Shown in pieces: positions 1-11,493 of a stretch of DNA of 64,000 nt. A program made the translations under genes and the position numbers. How positions within the stretch are numbered: position 1 is the stretch's first letter; every line of letters starts with the position of its first letter. The notes beneath the pieces are model-generated. The model was not told the origin of the DNA, did no database searches, and saw nothing but the letters and a program-made list of their open reading frames with translations. The DNA is from Plasmodiophora brassicae (lineage: Eukaryota): NCBI GenBank assembly GCA_036867785.1, contig CP145428.1, positions 124,001 through 188,000 of the forward strand. Reading direction: 5' to 3'.

Positions 1-2034
1 CGAGTTCAGCAACGTTACGGATGTTCGCCCCCGCCGCATGACACACACGCCCGCCGTCGTCCGTTGCTCTAACGATGCGCCAGGTTATCGAAGCGGTTCG
101 CAACGGGACGGCCGACGTGGGGATGGTCTGTGCCGGCCGTTGCGCATCATGGGCTTCCTCACTGATTGCCTGCCGGGTGCGGTGCAGGGCGCTGTGTCGA
201 TAACGAAGAGCCGGGAGGAGGTGATCGACTTCTCGCTCAGGCATGCAGTGTCCCGCCGCCGACCGAGCGCTGCCTGTCCCGCTAACACCAGCGTGTCGCA
301 GCTACTTCGAGAGCGGTCTGCATCTTCTGGCTCGCGCTGATCGCGGCCCCTCGGCCGCCTTGTGGGCCTGGGCCGCCAGCGGGATGACCTGGCGGAACGT
401 GCTCATTGCCCTGTTCGTTGTCGAGATTCTATTCGCCCTTGCGCTGATCCTCTGGGCGATCGAAAGCGCAACGGGCCCGACGGACGGCACGCCGACGTTC
501 TTCTCGTCGAACCCGATTCGGGGTCGGGACCGCGCGCTCTGTACCTTGTGCATGCCAATCACGCGCGAACGACAGGCGTCCTGCAGGCGTTCCAGTGGAT
601 TGTCGTCAGCTGCATCCAACGGAACCGATATGCGCCCCGGCGATGTGTGACCCGATCCCTGAGCATTGGTCTGACGCTGGCGTCCATGTTGGTACGTCAT
701 ACGTGGCCGGGCATCGCGCCACCGCGCTTCCGGCCCGCGCCTCATCCGCCTGGTTCGCAGGTGTTTGCGTCCGTGACCGCGTACCTGACAACGGTCGTCC
801 TGAGCATCGTCCGGTCCACGACCGTCACGTCGCTGGCCGATCTCCGGGGCAGGCGCATCGGGACCGTGATGCAGTCGACCTCCGAACGGTACGATCACCT
901 CTTTCGCTCCGTCTCTCCATCCATCCGCCAGGCGACGGATGCTGATCCGTTCGTGCGACCCTGACATGACGTCATGTGTAGGTTCCTCGACTTGGAAGCC
1001 GTCCAGGCCCAGGTGTACCGGTACTACACCGTGCAGGACATGGTGGCCGGGTATAATGACGGGCAGGTGGACGCCCTGCTATACGATTGTCGGTTATAGA
1101 GCGATGATGGCGTCTGAGCAGATGCACGCCCGTCTGACTATATGCGTTTGTGCCCGGGTCGCAGTGCCCATCCTGCAGCACCATTACCTGCTGGGTCCGC
1201 TCGACTGCCAGTCGGTCGTCGTCCATCCGGCTCTGGCCGCACTGTCATGTACACTTGATTGGGCGGCGCGCCGCTGCCACATCCTGACAGCTAACCTTTG
1301 TTCGTCTGTGCTTGGTTCAGACGGGTTCCTGTTCCGGGAGAAGGACGACCCCGGGCAGTACCAGTTTCGCGAGCGAGGTGGGTCGACCTTATACCCGGGC
1401 TGCCTCTGCCCTTCCCGCCTTGCTAACCGTCGCGCCTGCCCGGCAGTGAACCGGGCCGTCCTGAGCGCTCGGGAGCTGCTGGCCTACAGGCGCCTCGTCG
1501 ACGCGTACTTTACGCGCCCCGGCCAGGCCGGCGTCGCGCGCTGCGATCGGTCCCGGCCGTCGTTCCATGGCGACACGCTGCTCCTGGCCGTGTCACTCGC
1601 CCTGCCCATCGTCATCGCAACGGTATGGCGACGTATCGCGCTGCAAACGCAATGTGCCGACGACGATGCTGACCGTTGGCGTGTGCATGCGTCGCCGACA
1701 GCTGTGGATCTGTTATCGCCAGCGCTGCCACGCCCTGACGCGGGAGCGGCGCCCCGCACCTGTCGGTGACGACGACGACGACCTGCTGCTGCTGCTGCGG
1801 CAACAGCGGCGGCGCCAGAAACCGGGCGACGACGACAGGGTGCAGGCGGCGCCCGTTGTGGACTTCGAGGTCATGCGCGCCATCTGGTCACTGGCCACGC
1901 TGGTCCACCTTGAGTGCAACAAGGAGCGGTCGTCCACGTACGAGGCGGTCAGCGACAACGAGCACCGCGCCCTGATCGACCGGCAGCGATCGCGCCTGCT
2001 CGCCTACTGCCTGCACCAGCACGACCGCGCCTGA
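1..2034 (+). CDS. Ionotropic glutamate receptor-like / ligand-gated ion channel, multi-exon, 5' end probably outside the window
   Basis: Exon translations give AVSITKSREEVIDFS-SYFESGL (S1 lobe), hydrophobic VLIALFVVEILFALALILWAIE (M1), VFASVTAYLTTVVLS (M3-like), VTSLADLRGRRIGTV and GQVDALLYD (S2), and LLLAVSLALPIVIAT (M4). Exons are separated by short introns. The last exon and stop at 2034 are tentative. Confidence 0.75.
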
Positions 2035-2675
2035 TCGTTGCTGTGCGGCGTCCCTAACGGGCGTGTGTGTCGGTGCATCCTCATCTCCTGCGTCGAGCGG
2101 GGCACATGCGTCGAACATACACCGCGCCGTGTCGTGTAGATAAACGGTACCATCTAACTGCGTCTCGCTTTGCTCCTCGTATGAATGGCATGTCCGTTTC
2201 AAGTAAGAAGGACGTGTTTGCTTCGCGTATGAACGAGATGTGCTCATTGCTCTGTCCGTTGTCGATTGTGTTTGCGTTTGCGCTGGTTGTCTGGACGACG
2301 TTCTGTGTTCGTCGGATCCGATTGCGGGTCAGGACCCCGCTCCCCACCTATATCCGTACCGTTCCTAGCATGCTAAGCAACCGCATCAGCGCGAGAAACC
2401 GGGCGACGGCCATCGATCGCTGGCCGCGCTGGTCCACATGGAGTGCAACAAGGGGCTCGCGGTCGTTCACGTACGAGGCCGCCTGCGACCGCGAGAACCG
2501 CGGCGCCCTGATCAACCTCTGCCCGCCTGCTGTCTGCAACAGCAGCGTCGCCGCCCCCCCCCTGGCTAAACTGGCGTGTGCGAGAAACGCGTCGACGTCG
2601 TCGCCAGCTCAATTAACAGCAACACCGCGCCGCGTGTCGTCGTATATTCTTATAAAAGGGGTCTAAAATATGTAT

Positions 2676-5087
2676 CTATAGATAGAGCTTTTCCGACAGG
2701 TTATGGTTATGGTCAGCAACATCGGCGCCGAGTGCACGACGACGAAGGCGCGCTGCCGCCAGCAGTGACGACGACGACGACGTCGCGATCGACAGGTTGG
2801 CGCGGACGGACGCCCAGACGGGATCGTCGGCGGGCATCAGGTCGAGGGCCGTCCGGTTCTCGTGGTTGCGCAGCGCCAGCAGGTGGGGGACGCGCGCCGG
2901 CGCCTGCCGCTGCAGGCAGGCGACGACGAGGTCGAAGGCGCGCGCGTTCTGCTCGTCGACGGCAAAGTGCAGGGCGCTGCGGTTGTGCCGGTCCTGGACG
3001 CTGAGCAGCGCCCAGATGTCATCGGGCGACGCGTGCCGCTCCAGGTAGTCGAACAGGATGCCGATGACGCTGTTGAGGCCGGCGGCGATGGCGCCCATCA
3101 GCGCCGTCCGCCCGTTGTTGGTGCGCACGCTGACGAACGGGACCAGGAGGCGCAGGGCGACCGCCCGGTCGCACAGGGCGCGGACGACGTCCTCGACGCG
3201 GTCCAGGGCGACCGGGACGACCTGCTCGCGGTACCGCCAGCCCGAGTAGACGGCCAGGTGCAGGCACGTGTGGTTGCCGGCGTCGACGGAGAGCAGCAGG
3301 GCGTCGGGGACGACCCAGTCGGTCTGGCGGCGCTCGCCGTCGAACGACACGTGGTCGAACAGGTCGACGACGCCAGCGCTGCAGGCCGTCAGCAGCGCGT
3401 TCCTCCACTTGGGCATCGCCGACCGCATCTGCCAGGCGGACGACGGCGATTCCGGGTTGACCAGGGCGGCGATCAGGGCGACCGAGGGCCAGCGCGCGCA
3501 CCGGACGGCGAACAGGAAGGCAGGCTCGCCGGTCGGGTCGTGCAGGACGCGCGCGTCCATCCGCGCCAGGTCGTCGACAACGCCGACCTGGTCGCGGAAC
3601 ACGGCGCGCTTGACGGGCGTCAGGTCCTGCTCGTCGGGCACCAGCAGCGAGACGTCGCGCACGCCATCCAGGAACGACACCGGGTGGTCCAGGTCGAGAG
3701 CGATGCCCGCCAGGCTGCTCTGGAAGTGGCGCAGGGGCGACCCGTGCGCCGCCGCCGACATGTAGAAGTACAGGGGGCCGGAGAGGACCCGGTCGGGCAG
3801 GCGGGCGCCGCCCTCCTGCATCGTCGTCGCAGCATCGTCGACGAGCAGGCCGGCGGGCACGCCCTGCATCATCAGGTGCATGACGTTGCAGGGCAGGGCG
3901 TCGCCGTGCGTGTCGCCGACGTACTCCGCCGGCAGGTACGCGAAGTCCTGCTCGTCCAGGGCGAGCCGCAGGTGGGCGACGGCAGCGTCGACGTCCTCCG
4001 TCGTCGTCGTCGGCGACGGCACCTTCAGCGTGCTGTTCGTGGCGGCGCATCGCGCCCGGAGCAGGTCCAGGCACTGGCGGGTCCGGCGCGTCAGGCAGAC
4101 CTCGGCGAGGGCACGCAGCAGGAACTCGGGGGTGGGCGCCTCGATCAGGCGGTCCAGGCGGTCCAGGAGCGCCGCCCGCGACGTCGCCAGCGGCAGGATG
4201 GCGTCCAGGACGGCGTAGACGCTGTGGAAGTGGATCACGGCCGGGATGCGCTCGGCCAGGTGCTTCAGGTGGACGGCGCGCGTCAGGCCGCGGTCGGCGA
4301 AATCCCGCATGAACACGTCGAGCTGGGCGACGACGCCGGCCCCGGTTAGTTTGCCGGCGGCGTCGCCCCCAGGGAACACCTGGTGCAGGATGCTCTCGTA
4401 GCGGATGCGCCGGCCGGACGGGCCGTCGAACATGCCGCGCGACACGCTCGCCAGCGCCATGCGCGACCGCAGGTCATCGGCGGCGACGTGCGTCGCGATC
4501 ATCTCCCACAGCTCCGGCGGCAGCGGGGGGACGACGACGCCGCCGCCGTCGCGCCCCGCATCGGCGAGCGACGACGACGACATCAGCGACTGCTTCGGCT
4601 TCCGCTGCTGCGGCTGATGGACGACCGGGGACGTGTCGACATCGTCGTCGACGGTGGTGGTGGTGGTGCCGGGGCCGGGCGTCGCCAGCGACAGCAGGTG
4701 GAGGGCGGCGAGCGCGACGGACCCGTACGAGGCGGTCGTGCGCGGGGACGGCCACCTGCTGCGCGGGTCGGGGGCCGCGGGCGCCCACCTGGCCGCCGCG
4801 TTGGCGGCCAGGTGCCCGGCAGCGGCGCCGACCGCGATGGCCGTCAGCGCCGATCGCACCTGGGACGACGCGCGACGACGATGCGGGTGCAGGCCCCGTT
4901 GATGTTGTTGGTGTTGCTGTGGGGCGGGCGATGCGGCCGGCGCCGGCAACGGCTTCCGGGCGCCGGCGGCGACGAACAGCATGGCGAACAGGGCGACGGC
5001 GGCGCAGGCAACGGCGACGACGACGGCGGCGGCGCGCCACCGCGACAAGGTCGTGGCGCCGTGTGCCTCGAACTCGATCGAGTACAT
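2676..5087 (-). CDS. Ankyrin-repeat protein with N-terminal hydrophobic segment and F-box-like motif
   Basis: Long ORF from ATG 5087 (MYSIEF). It has a hydrophobic AAAVVVAVACAAVALFAMLFVAAG, an F-box-like LPPELWEMIATHV...LASVSR, and ankyrin starts GNHTCLHLAV, GRTALMGAI, NRSALHFAV and NRTALDL. Confidence 0.75.
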   Translation of the reverse strand: MYSIEFEAHGATTLSRWRAAAVVVAVACAAVALFAMLFVAAGARKPLPAPAASPAPQQHQQHQRGLHPHRRRASSQVRSALTAIAVGAAAGHLAANAAARWAPAAPDPRSRWPSPRTTASYGSVALAALHLLSLATPGPGTTTTTVDDDVDTSPVVHQPQQRKPKQSLMSSSSLADAGRDGGGVVVPPLPPELWEMIATHVAADDLRSRMALASVSRGMFDGPSGRRIRYESILHQVFPGGDAAGKLTGAGVVAQLDVFMRDFADRGLTRAVHLKHLAERIPAVIHFHSVYAVLDAILPLATSRAALLDRLDRLIEAPTPEFLLRALAEVCLTRRTRQCLDLLRARCAATNSTLKVPSPTTTTEDVDAAVAHLRLALDEQDFAYLPAEYVGDTHGDALPCNVMHLMMQGVPAGLLVDDAATTMQEGGARLPDRVLSGPLYFYMSAAAHGSPLRHFQSSLAGIALDLDHPVSFLDGVRDVSLLVPDEQDLTPVKRAVFRDQVGVVDDLARMDARVLHDPTGEPAFLFAVRCARWPSVALIAALVNPESPSSAWQMRSAMPKWRNALLTACSAGVVDLFDHVSFDGERRQTDWVVPDALLLSVDAGNHTCLHLAVYSGWRYREQVVPVALDRVEDVVRALCDRAVALRLLVPFVSVRTNNGRTALMGAIAAGLNSVIGILFDYLERHASPDDIWALLSVQDRHNRSALHFAVDEQNARAFDLVVACLQRQAPARVPHLLALRNHENRTALDLMPADDPVWASVRANLSIATSSSSSLLAAARLRRRALGADVADHNHNLSEKLYL

Positions 5088-5553
5088 GGCCTGGGCTAGC
5101 GCGCGTGCGCCCCCGGCAACAGGGACGGCAGCAGCACGGTGGGTCGATCCGGCAGCGCAGACACTGCCGCGTGTGTGCGAGCCGGTGCTCGCGGCGTCTC
5201 CCACACCGGCGCCATTTTTAGCCTTCTCGCGGTATACAGGGTCGCCCCGACGGGCGACGGGTGCAGCTTGTGCGCAACTGCGTGACTGTAGGGGTCGGGC
5301 GCGCCGCGGCCCAGTCCGCGACTGCAGGCCGCCCCGGACCAAAGTCCGACCCGGGCGGCCACACGACGTTCACGCGGTTTTAACCCACCCACACGGGCAG
5401 CAGCGGGAACATTCCGCGCGGCATTCCCGGCGATCCCGAGTGGGGCGCTCCCGCGTCCGGTAATACATCGTGCTGATGACCGCGAACGCAGGCACGGCGA
5501 CAAGCCGTCCGTGTCCCGTTGCGAACGTACGACTTGGTGTATGTACTGCGTGC

Positions 5554-7586
5554 CTAGACGGCCACGGCCCTGGCCTTGCTGCTGAAGAACTTGGTGATCT
5601 TCTTCGGCGTCGGCACCGTGGTCGACGCGGCCGCCGCCAGCCGCTCGACGACATCTGCGCCCGCACAGCGGCGTTCAGGACCAGACCATGTCGACACGCG
5701 GACACGACGCCCTACCAGCGCAGACGATGCGTCGGAACGCGCCGAGCGCTTCGCGATCGGGTTCGGCCAGCAGGGTCACGTCCTGGACGGGGCCGATGAT
5801 CCTCAGGTTGACGTCGTGGGCGGGCGCCGGCGCCGACGGCTCGCCGGCGTCGCCGACGTCGCCCTCGGGTTCCAGCCAGCCGTCGTCCTCGAGGCCGTCG
5901 CGACGCAGCTCGACGTCGCGGTCATCCGAGTCGTCGGACAGCACGCCGTCGTCGTCGTCGGTGATGACGTCGGCGTCCTCGACGTCGTCCTGCTCCCATT
6001 CGTCGTCGCTGTCCACCGTGTAGTCCAGCGAGGGGTCCCGGGCGAACGGGCGCCGCCCGCCCACCACCGTGCTCGTCCTGGCGAGGCGCCCGACGAACGG
6101 CGGCCGAACCTGCCAACCCGGCGCGGCGCGCGTTCAGTACGACGACGAGCAACAGCAGGCGCGACGTACGTCCGTGTGGAACTGGAGCAGGCGCTTGCGG
6201 GTGGACACTGGCGGGCGATGGCGCCGACGACGACGACGCCCGGCAACGTGCAGGGCGACGTCCGCCTGGACGTTGAACCGCAGCGGCGCGTCGGTCGTCC
6301 GCGCCGACCCGCGCTGCGGCGCCAGCGTCGTGTGCTCCTTCAGGTAGAACGGCATGAACATGCCGACCTGGCCGCCGCCGGATCGTTCGTCTGCGACGCG
6401 GAGACCGACGTACGTCAGAGGCAGGACGGCCGTCGAGTGGCAGCAACAGCAGCAGACGCACCTTGCGGCCTGGCCTTGGCGGGCGACGACCGAACCAGGA
6501 ACGCCTCCATGAACGACCGCGACTTCTCGACGTTCTGTGCAAACGCTGTCAGCGACGGCGCCGGGGGGAGGGGAGGACGGCCGACCCGCCCGGCGTACCT
6601 TGACGCTCTCCTCGGCGGCCTTCTTCCGCTGGCTGACGCTGGCCTTCTTGATCGACCTGCGAATCTCGTCGGCGCGCTCGCTGGCGTTCTGGGCGATGCG
6701 CGCCTCGACGTCGTTCTGCGCCTTGGCCAGGGCGTCCATCGCCCGCAGCAGCTTCGTGTGCAGGCCGTCCCTGCGTTTCGCGGCGCCCAGCCGGACGGCC
6801 GCCTCGCAGGCCTGGACGACCCGGCGAATGGCGGCGTCGATGCCGCGCTCGCGCTTCACCCAGGGGCGCAGGCCGCCCGGGATGTGGTCCAGCTGGGCCA
6901 CCTCCCATCGCCACCGGTACCTGGCGTCCGTCGACGCGTGCACGTCGACATCGGCGCCGCCCTTCTTGCAGCCGTGCGCCTTCCGGTCCGCGACCTTGAC
7001 GATCGCGTCGCGAACGGCGTCGGGCGCCCAGCCCCCATTGGACATGGCCAGGAACGCATCCTGTTTGTGGGGTCGCGGTCAGCCTGATGACAATGACGGC
7101 ACGGGGGGCGCGCGCGTACCACGTGGTGCTGGAGCGGGTCCGGCGATCCTTCGAGGTGAGCGGCGAGGAGAGGCAAGTGCTCCAGGGCGGGTCCGCCACT
7201 ACCGGACGACGACGACGACGACGACGACAGCAGGGCGTCGCGGATCGGGGCCAGCGAATCGTGGCCGACGAGCGCGTCGTGCAGGTCGACGGCGCTGGGT
7301 CGCATCGGCGCGTTGCACAGCGACTCCATCGTGCGCGAGAACGTGTCAATCAGTGCCTGCGATGGCCACAGGGCGGCGTGTGGGTGCGCGTGTCAGCGGG
7401 GAAACGGTGGCGCGCGCGTGTTGAACGCACCTGGTCGTCCGCGTCGATGGGGTCGCCGGTGCGCGCCTTCTTGGCCGGCGGTGCCTGCACGTCCGCATCG
7501 ACGCCGGGCCCCGCTGCGTCCTGCGTCAGGTCGACGACGACGGCGGCGACGGCGGCAGCGCCGTCCGCAGATGGCGGGACGGCCAT
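5554..7586 (-). CDS. CHAF1A: Chromatin assembly factor 1 subunit A (p150/Cac1/FAS1-like), multi-exon
   Basis: Signature GRRPFARDPSLDYTVDSDDEWEQ plus acidic tract and EDDGWL. It has a K/R/E-rich coiled coil upstream, and the last exon ends KKITKFFSSKARAVAV-stop (PIP-box-like). Confidence 0.8.
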
Positions 7587-7922
7587 GGATGTATCGGGTC
7601 CGGGCGCGGGTGGTCTCCAAGGCGCGAAGGTGGCGATGCAGACGGCGCACCCCGCGACGAATGCGATGGGCTTCGGACTTGCCGCGCCGCCCGCGCGCCA
7701 CACTGCCGACTGCAACAGGGGCCCGCACGTCTGACCCATATAGACAAGGGCGCCAAACGTCCAGAGACTGGCGCTGCGCATACGTTTACCGAAAGGACAT
7801 GCTGTCGGGCGGCCCCTAACGCCGCCAGCAAACCGATAGCCCATACTGTTCGCTTCGAGGCGTCTCTGTACGAGCTCTCGGCGGTCAACGGTTGCTTTAT
7901 GAATACGACGACAGGGTGACGG

Positions 7923-10081
7923 TCATGATTGTTGCGTCGCCCGGAACGCGTCATACTTACGGGCCAGGTTCGGGGAGGCGCCCGGCGCCGCCCGGCGCTC
8001 GCCGATCAGGTCGAGCACGCGCGCATCCGCCGCGTGCGTCGTGAAGTAGCGCGCGCGCGCCGCCGGCGACAGCGCGGCCAGCTGCCGGGTCCAGCAGTCG
8101 AGGACGTCGCACAGCTTGTCGTCCGCCTCCGCGTGACGCCCTAATGAGAACGACGACGACGACCGGTCAGCGATTGGCGGGGCGCAGAGCGAAACGCCAA
8201 CGTTACCGAGGTGCTGGAGGGCGCGAGCCACCTGATAGTGGCTGTCGGCGTGGTCGGCCCGGAGGCGCGCCAGCTGCGTGAACTCGTGCAGGGCGCGGGC
8301 CCAGTCGCCGTCCTGCGCGTACAGCTTCCCGCGCAGCAGGTGCGCATTCTGCATGCCGGAATCATCGACGGCCAGCGACAGCGCCCGGTCGCAGGCGTCA
8401 GCCGCCTCCTTCAGCTGCCCGGTGCGGTACAGGCACAGGGCCAGCTGGTACTGCGCCTGCGAGTCGTGCGGCTGCAGCAGGGCCGCCTTCCTCAGCGCCT
8501 TCAGCGCGCCGCTCGTGTCGTCCAGCTTGAGCAGCAGGCGGCCCAGGGCCAGGTGCGCGCGCCACAGGCCGGGGGACGCGCGGATGATGTCCCGGTAGAC
8601 GCGGCAGGCCTCGCTGACGCGGTCGAGGCGGTCCAGGGTGCGCCCCAGGAGGAACATCAGGTCGAACTTGTTCGGGTGCGACGGGTCGATCATGGGGATC
8701 GCGTCCGACATGCGCTTGACGGCCTCGAGCATGTCGGCGCGGGACCCGTGCGTCGTCAGGTTGACGGCCAGGTTGTACTGCGCCTCGAGCAGCCCGGGCG
8801 CGTACTTGATCGCCTCACGGAACGCGTTGTTCGCCGCCGCCAGGTTCCCGTCCATCTGGTACAGCTGCCCGAGCGCGTTGTGAATGTTCGGGTTCGTCCC
8901 GTCCAGCGTCAGGCTCGTCTCGAACGCGTCGATCGCCGCCGACCGGTTCCCCTGCTGCACGTACGACTGCCCCAGCCTGATGCGCGCGCGCGCGCGTACG
9001 TCAGGGTACGCACGACGATAGCGGAGCGGGCGGGCGCCGGGCTTACTGGGAGATCGCCGCCACGATCGACTGCCGCTGCTTCTTGTCCAGGGATCGCGCG
9101 AGGCGATCCGGGTCCGGGAACGCCTTGACAATGGACCCGATGGTGGTGCAGGCCACATGCGCAATGTCCAGGTCCGGGTGACGGACGGCCGCCGTCAGGC
9201 GCGGGATGGCACCCGCGTCGAACGCGGCCAGCTTGTTGCCGACGGACGCCCCGCACAGGATCGTCAGCGCCAGCAGGCTGTTCATGGCGACCTCCTTGTG
9301 CGGGTCGGAGATGTTGTTGATGACGGCGGGCAGCAGACCCGGGGTCGATGCGACCTCGGCGGCCAGCGACGCTGTGCGGACGCTAATGGTTAGCACGGGG
9401 AGATGGCGACACGGCGTCGAGCGGCGCCATCGTACAGTACTGGGAGACGTCCATGACAATGGCGGCGGACAGGCGCTTCAGCTCAACGTCCTCCGACGAC
9501 AGCATGGGCGCCAGCGTGGACAGGCCGTCCGACACGATAATGCCTTCTTTGAGGGCGTCTAACAGGTCGCGGTTAGCCTGGGCGACACGCAGCCGAGTCC
9601 GCTGGCGCACGCACCGGAGGTGGCCGTCGCCATCTGCAGAGCGGAGAGCAGCGAGGCGCGCGACTCGTCCGACCCGGCATGCTGGACCTGGGCCATCATG
9701 AACCTGGCGGTCTTCTCCGGCGTGCCGACGTTGTCGTAGACCCAGTAGGACCCCAGGCCGACCAGCGCCAGGCCGATGGCCTGCTTCACGCGCCGCCCGT
9801 ACGCATCTACATAGGACGCTCAGGTCAGGCCCGCGACACGGGACCGTTCGGCGCAGGGCGGCACCTGTTGATTTCCTGTGGATTGCCCCGGAGGCGGCGG
9901 CGACCGTTCGGCCCGCTTCGCCGACGGACGCCGGGACGGGCGCCCCCGTCGCTGTCGGCGTCGACGACAGCGACGACGCCGATTCGGTCGTCAGCCGCCT
10001 GGGCACGGCCCGCGCCGCCGTCGTCGGCTCGACGAACAAGGCGCGCGGCAGTGTCCCGCGACGCGCAAATCGCAGCCACAT
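7923..10081 (-). CDS. Armadillo + TPR repeat protein with possible mitochondrial presequence and one TM segment, multi-exon
   Basis: N-terminus MWLRFARRGTLPRALF is R-rich and poor in acidic residues. TM-like AIGLALVGLGSYWVY, ARM-like NKLAAFDAGAIPRL...ACTTIGSI, and many TPRs (HNALGQLY, AQYNLA, AHLALGRLL, AQYQLALCLY). Joining these into one gene is inferred. Confidence 0.7.
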
Positions 10082-10373
10082 ATTGGCGGCGCGGGGCAGC
10101 AGTCGCCGACGGGCCGCCCGAAGATGCCGCTGCTGCTGCTGCTGCTGCTGCCTGCGCTACAGGGGGAGCCCACGGACACCGCCACGCAGTGTTGTACGGT
10201 CCACCGCCCGTCGGGCGGGCCGGTTCCTGTAGCAGTCGCCGCGAAAGGTGCGCCACTACTGCTCCTGCAGCTGCGGCTGGCGGCGGCTGCAGCCTGCAGC
10301 GACGGCGGCACGCGCGCACATTTTTGCAAAGTCGACGTTGCCAGCCGCCGCCCCCCCCTCCGCACATTCAACG

Positions 10374-11369
10374 ATGACGGGGTCGTCGCCGGCGATGCGC
10401 GTGCTGATCACGGGTGCGGCCGGCCAGATCGGGTACAGCCTGATCCCGCTGATCGCGTCGGGGCAGGCGCTGGGCGCCTCGCAGCCCATCGACCTGGTCC
10501 TGCTGGACATACCGCCGGCGGCCAAGACGCTGTCGGGCGTGGCCATGGAGGTCGACGACTGCGCGTACCCGCTGGTCGTGTCGTGCACGGCGACCACGGA
10601 CCCGGCCGAGGCGTACGCGGGCGTGCAGGTCGCGATCCTGGTCGGCGGGTTCCCGCGCGGCCCCGGCATGGAACGCAAGGACCTGCTGGCGAAGAACAAG
10701 CCCATCTTCCAGGCGGCGGGCGAGGCGCTGAACGCGCACGCCGACCCGGACTGCAAGGTCGTGGTCGTCGCCAACCCGGCCAACACGAACTGCCTGATCG
10801 CGGCCCAGGCCGCCCCGCGCCTGCCCAAGGCGAACTTCACGGCGCTGACCCGCCTGGACATGAACCGGGCGGCGGCCCAGATCGCCGCCCGGGTCGGGTG
10901 CAACGCGGCCCGCGTCCGCAACTGTGTCATCTGGGGCAACCACTCCAAGACGCAGGTGCCGGACGCGTTGCACGCGACCGTCGACGGGCACAAGTCGGTG
11001 CAGGCCGCCATCGGCAGTGACACGTGGCTGCTGGGCGACTTCATGACGACGGTGCAGAACCGGGGCGCCGACGTCATTGCGGCCCGCGGCCTCAGCAGCG
11101 CCATGTCGGCGGCGAACGCGATCAAGGACCACCTGCGCTCGTGGCTGGTCGGCACCGACGCCGACGAGTTCGTGTCGATGGGCGTCTACACGACGGCGAA
11201 CGCGCCGTACGGCATCCGCCCTGGCATCGTCTTCTCGTACCCGGTCAAGTGCACCAAGGGCACGTACCAGATCGTGACGGGCCTGCCGCTGCACGACAAG
11301 GTCGCCAAGGCCATCCAGGCGACCGAGGCCGAGCTCGCCGAGGAGAAGGCCGAGGCCGGCCTGCAGTGA
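10374..11369 (+). CDS. MDH1: Cytosolic NAD-dependent malate dehydrogenase
   Basis: Intronless ORF with RVLITGAAGQIGYSL, GFPRGPGMERKDLL, VVANPANTNCLI, LTRLDMNRA, IWGNHSKTQVPD and ARGLSSAMSAA. Confidence 0.97.
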   Translation: MTGSSPAMRVLITGAAGQIGYSLIPLIASGQALGASQPIDLVLLDIPPAAKTLSGVAMEVDDCAYPLVVSCTATTDPAEAYAGVQVAILVGGFPRGPGMERKDLLAKNKPIFQAAGEALNAHADPDCKVVVVANPANTNCLIAAQAAPRLPKANFTALTRLDMNRAAAQIAARVGCNAARVRNCVIWGNHSKTQVPDALHATVDGHKSVQAAIGSDTWLLGDFMTTVQNRGADVIAARGLSSAMSAANAIKDHLRSWLVGTDADEFVSMGVYTTANAPYGIRPGIVFSYPVKCTKGTYQIVTGLPLHDKVAKAIQATEAELAEEKAEAGLQ

Positions 11370-11493
11370 CACACCGACGACAAGGGCAACGGTTGTCGTC
11401 ACCGCCACCACCCTGCCCGACGAACCATGGAGCACGACGTCGCTAGGTAGGCAGACCCATCTGGAATATACAACGTGTGCGCGCACTAGTAAA

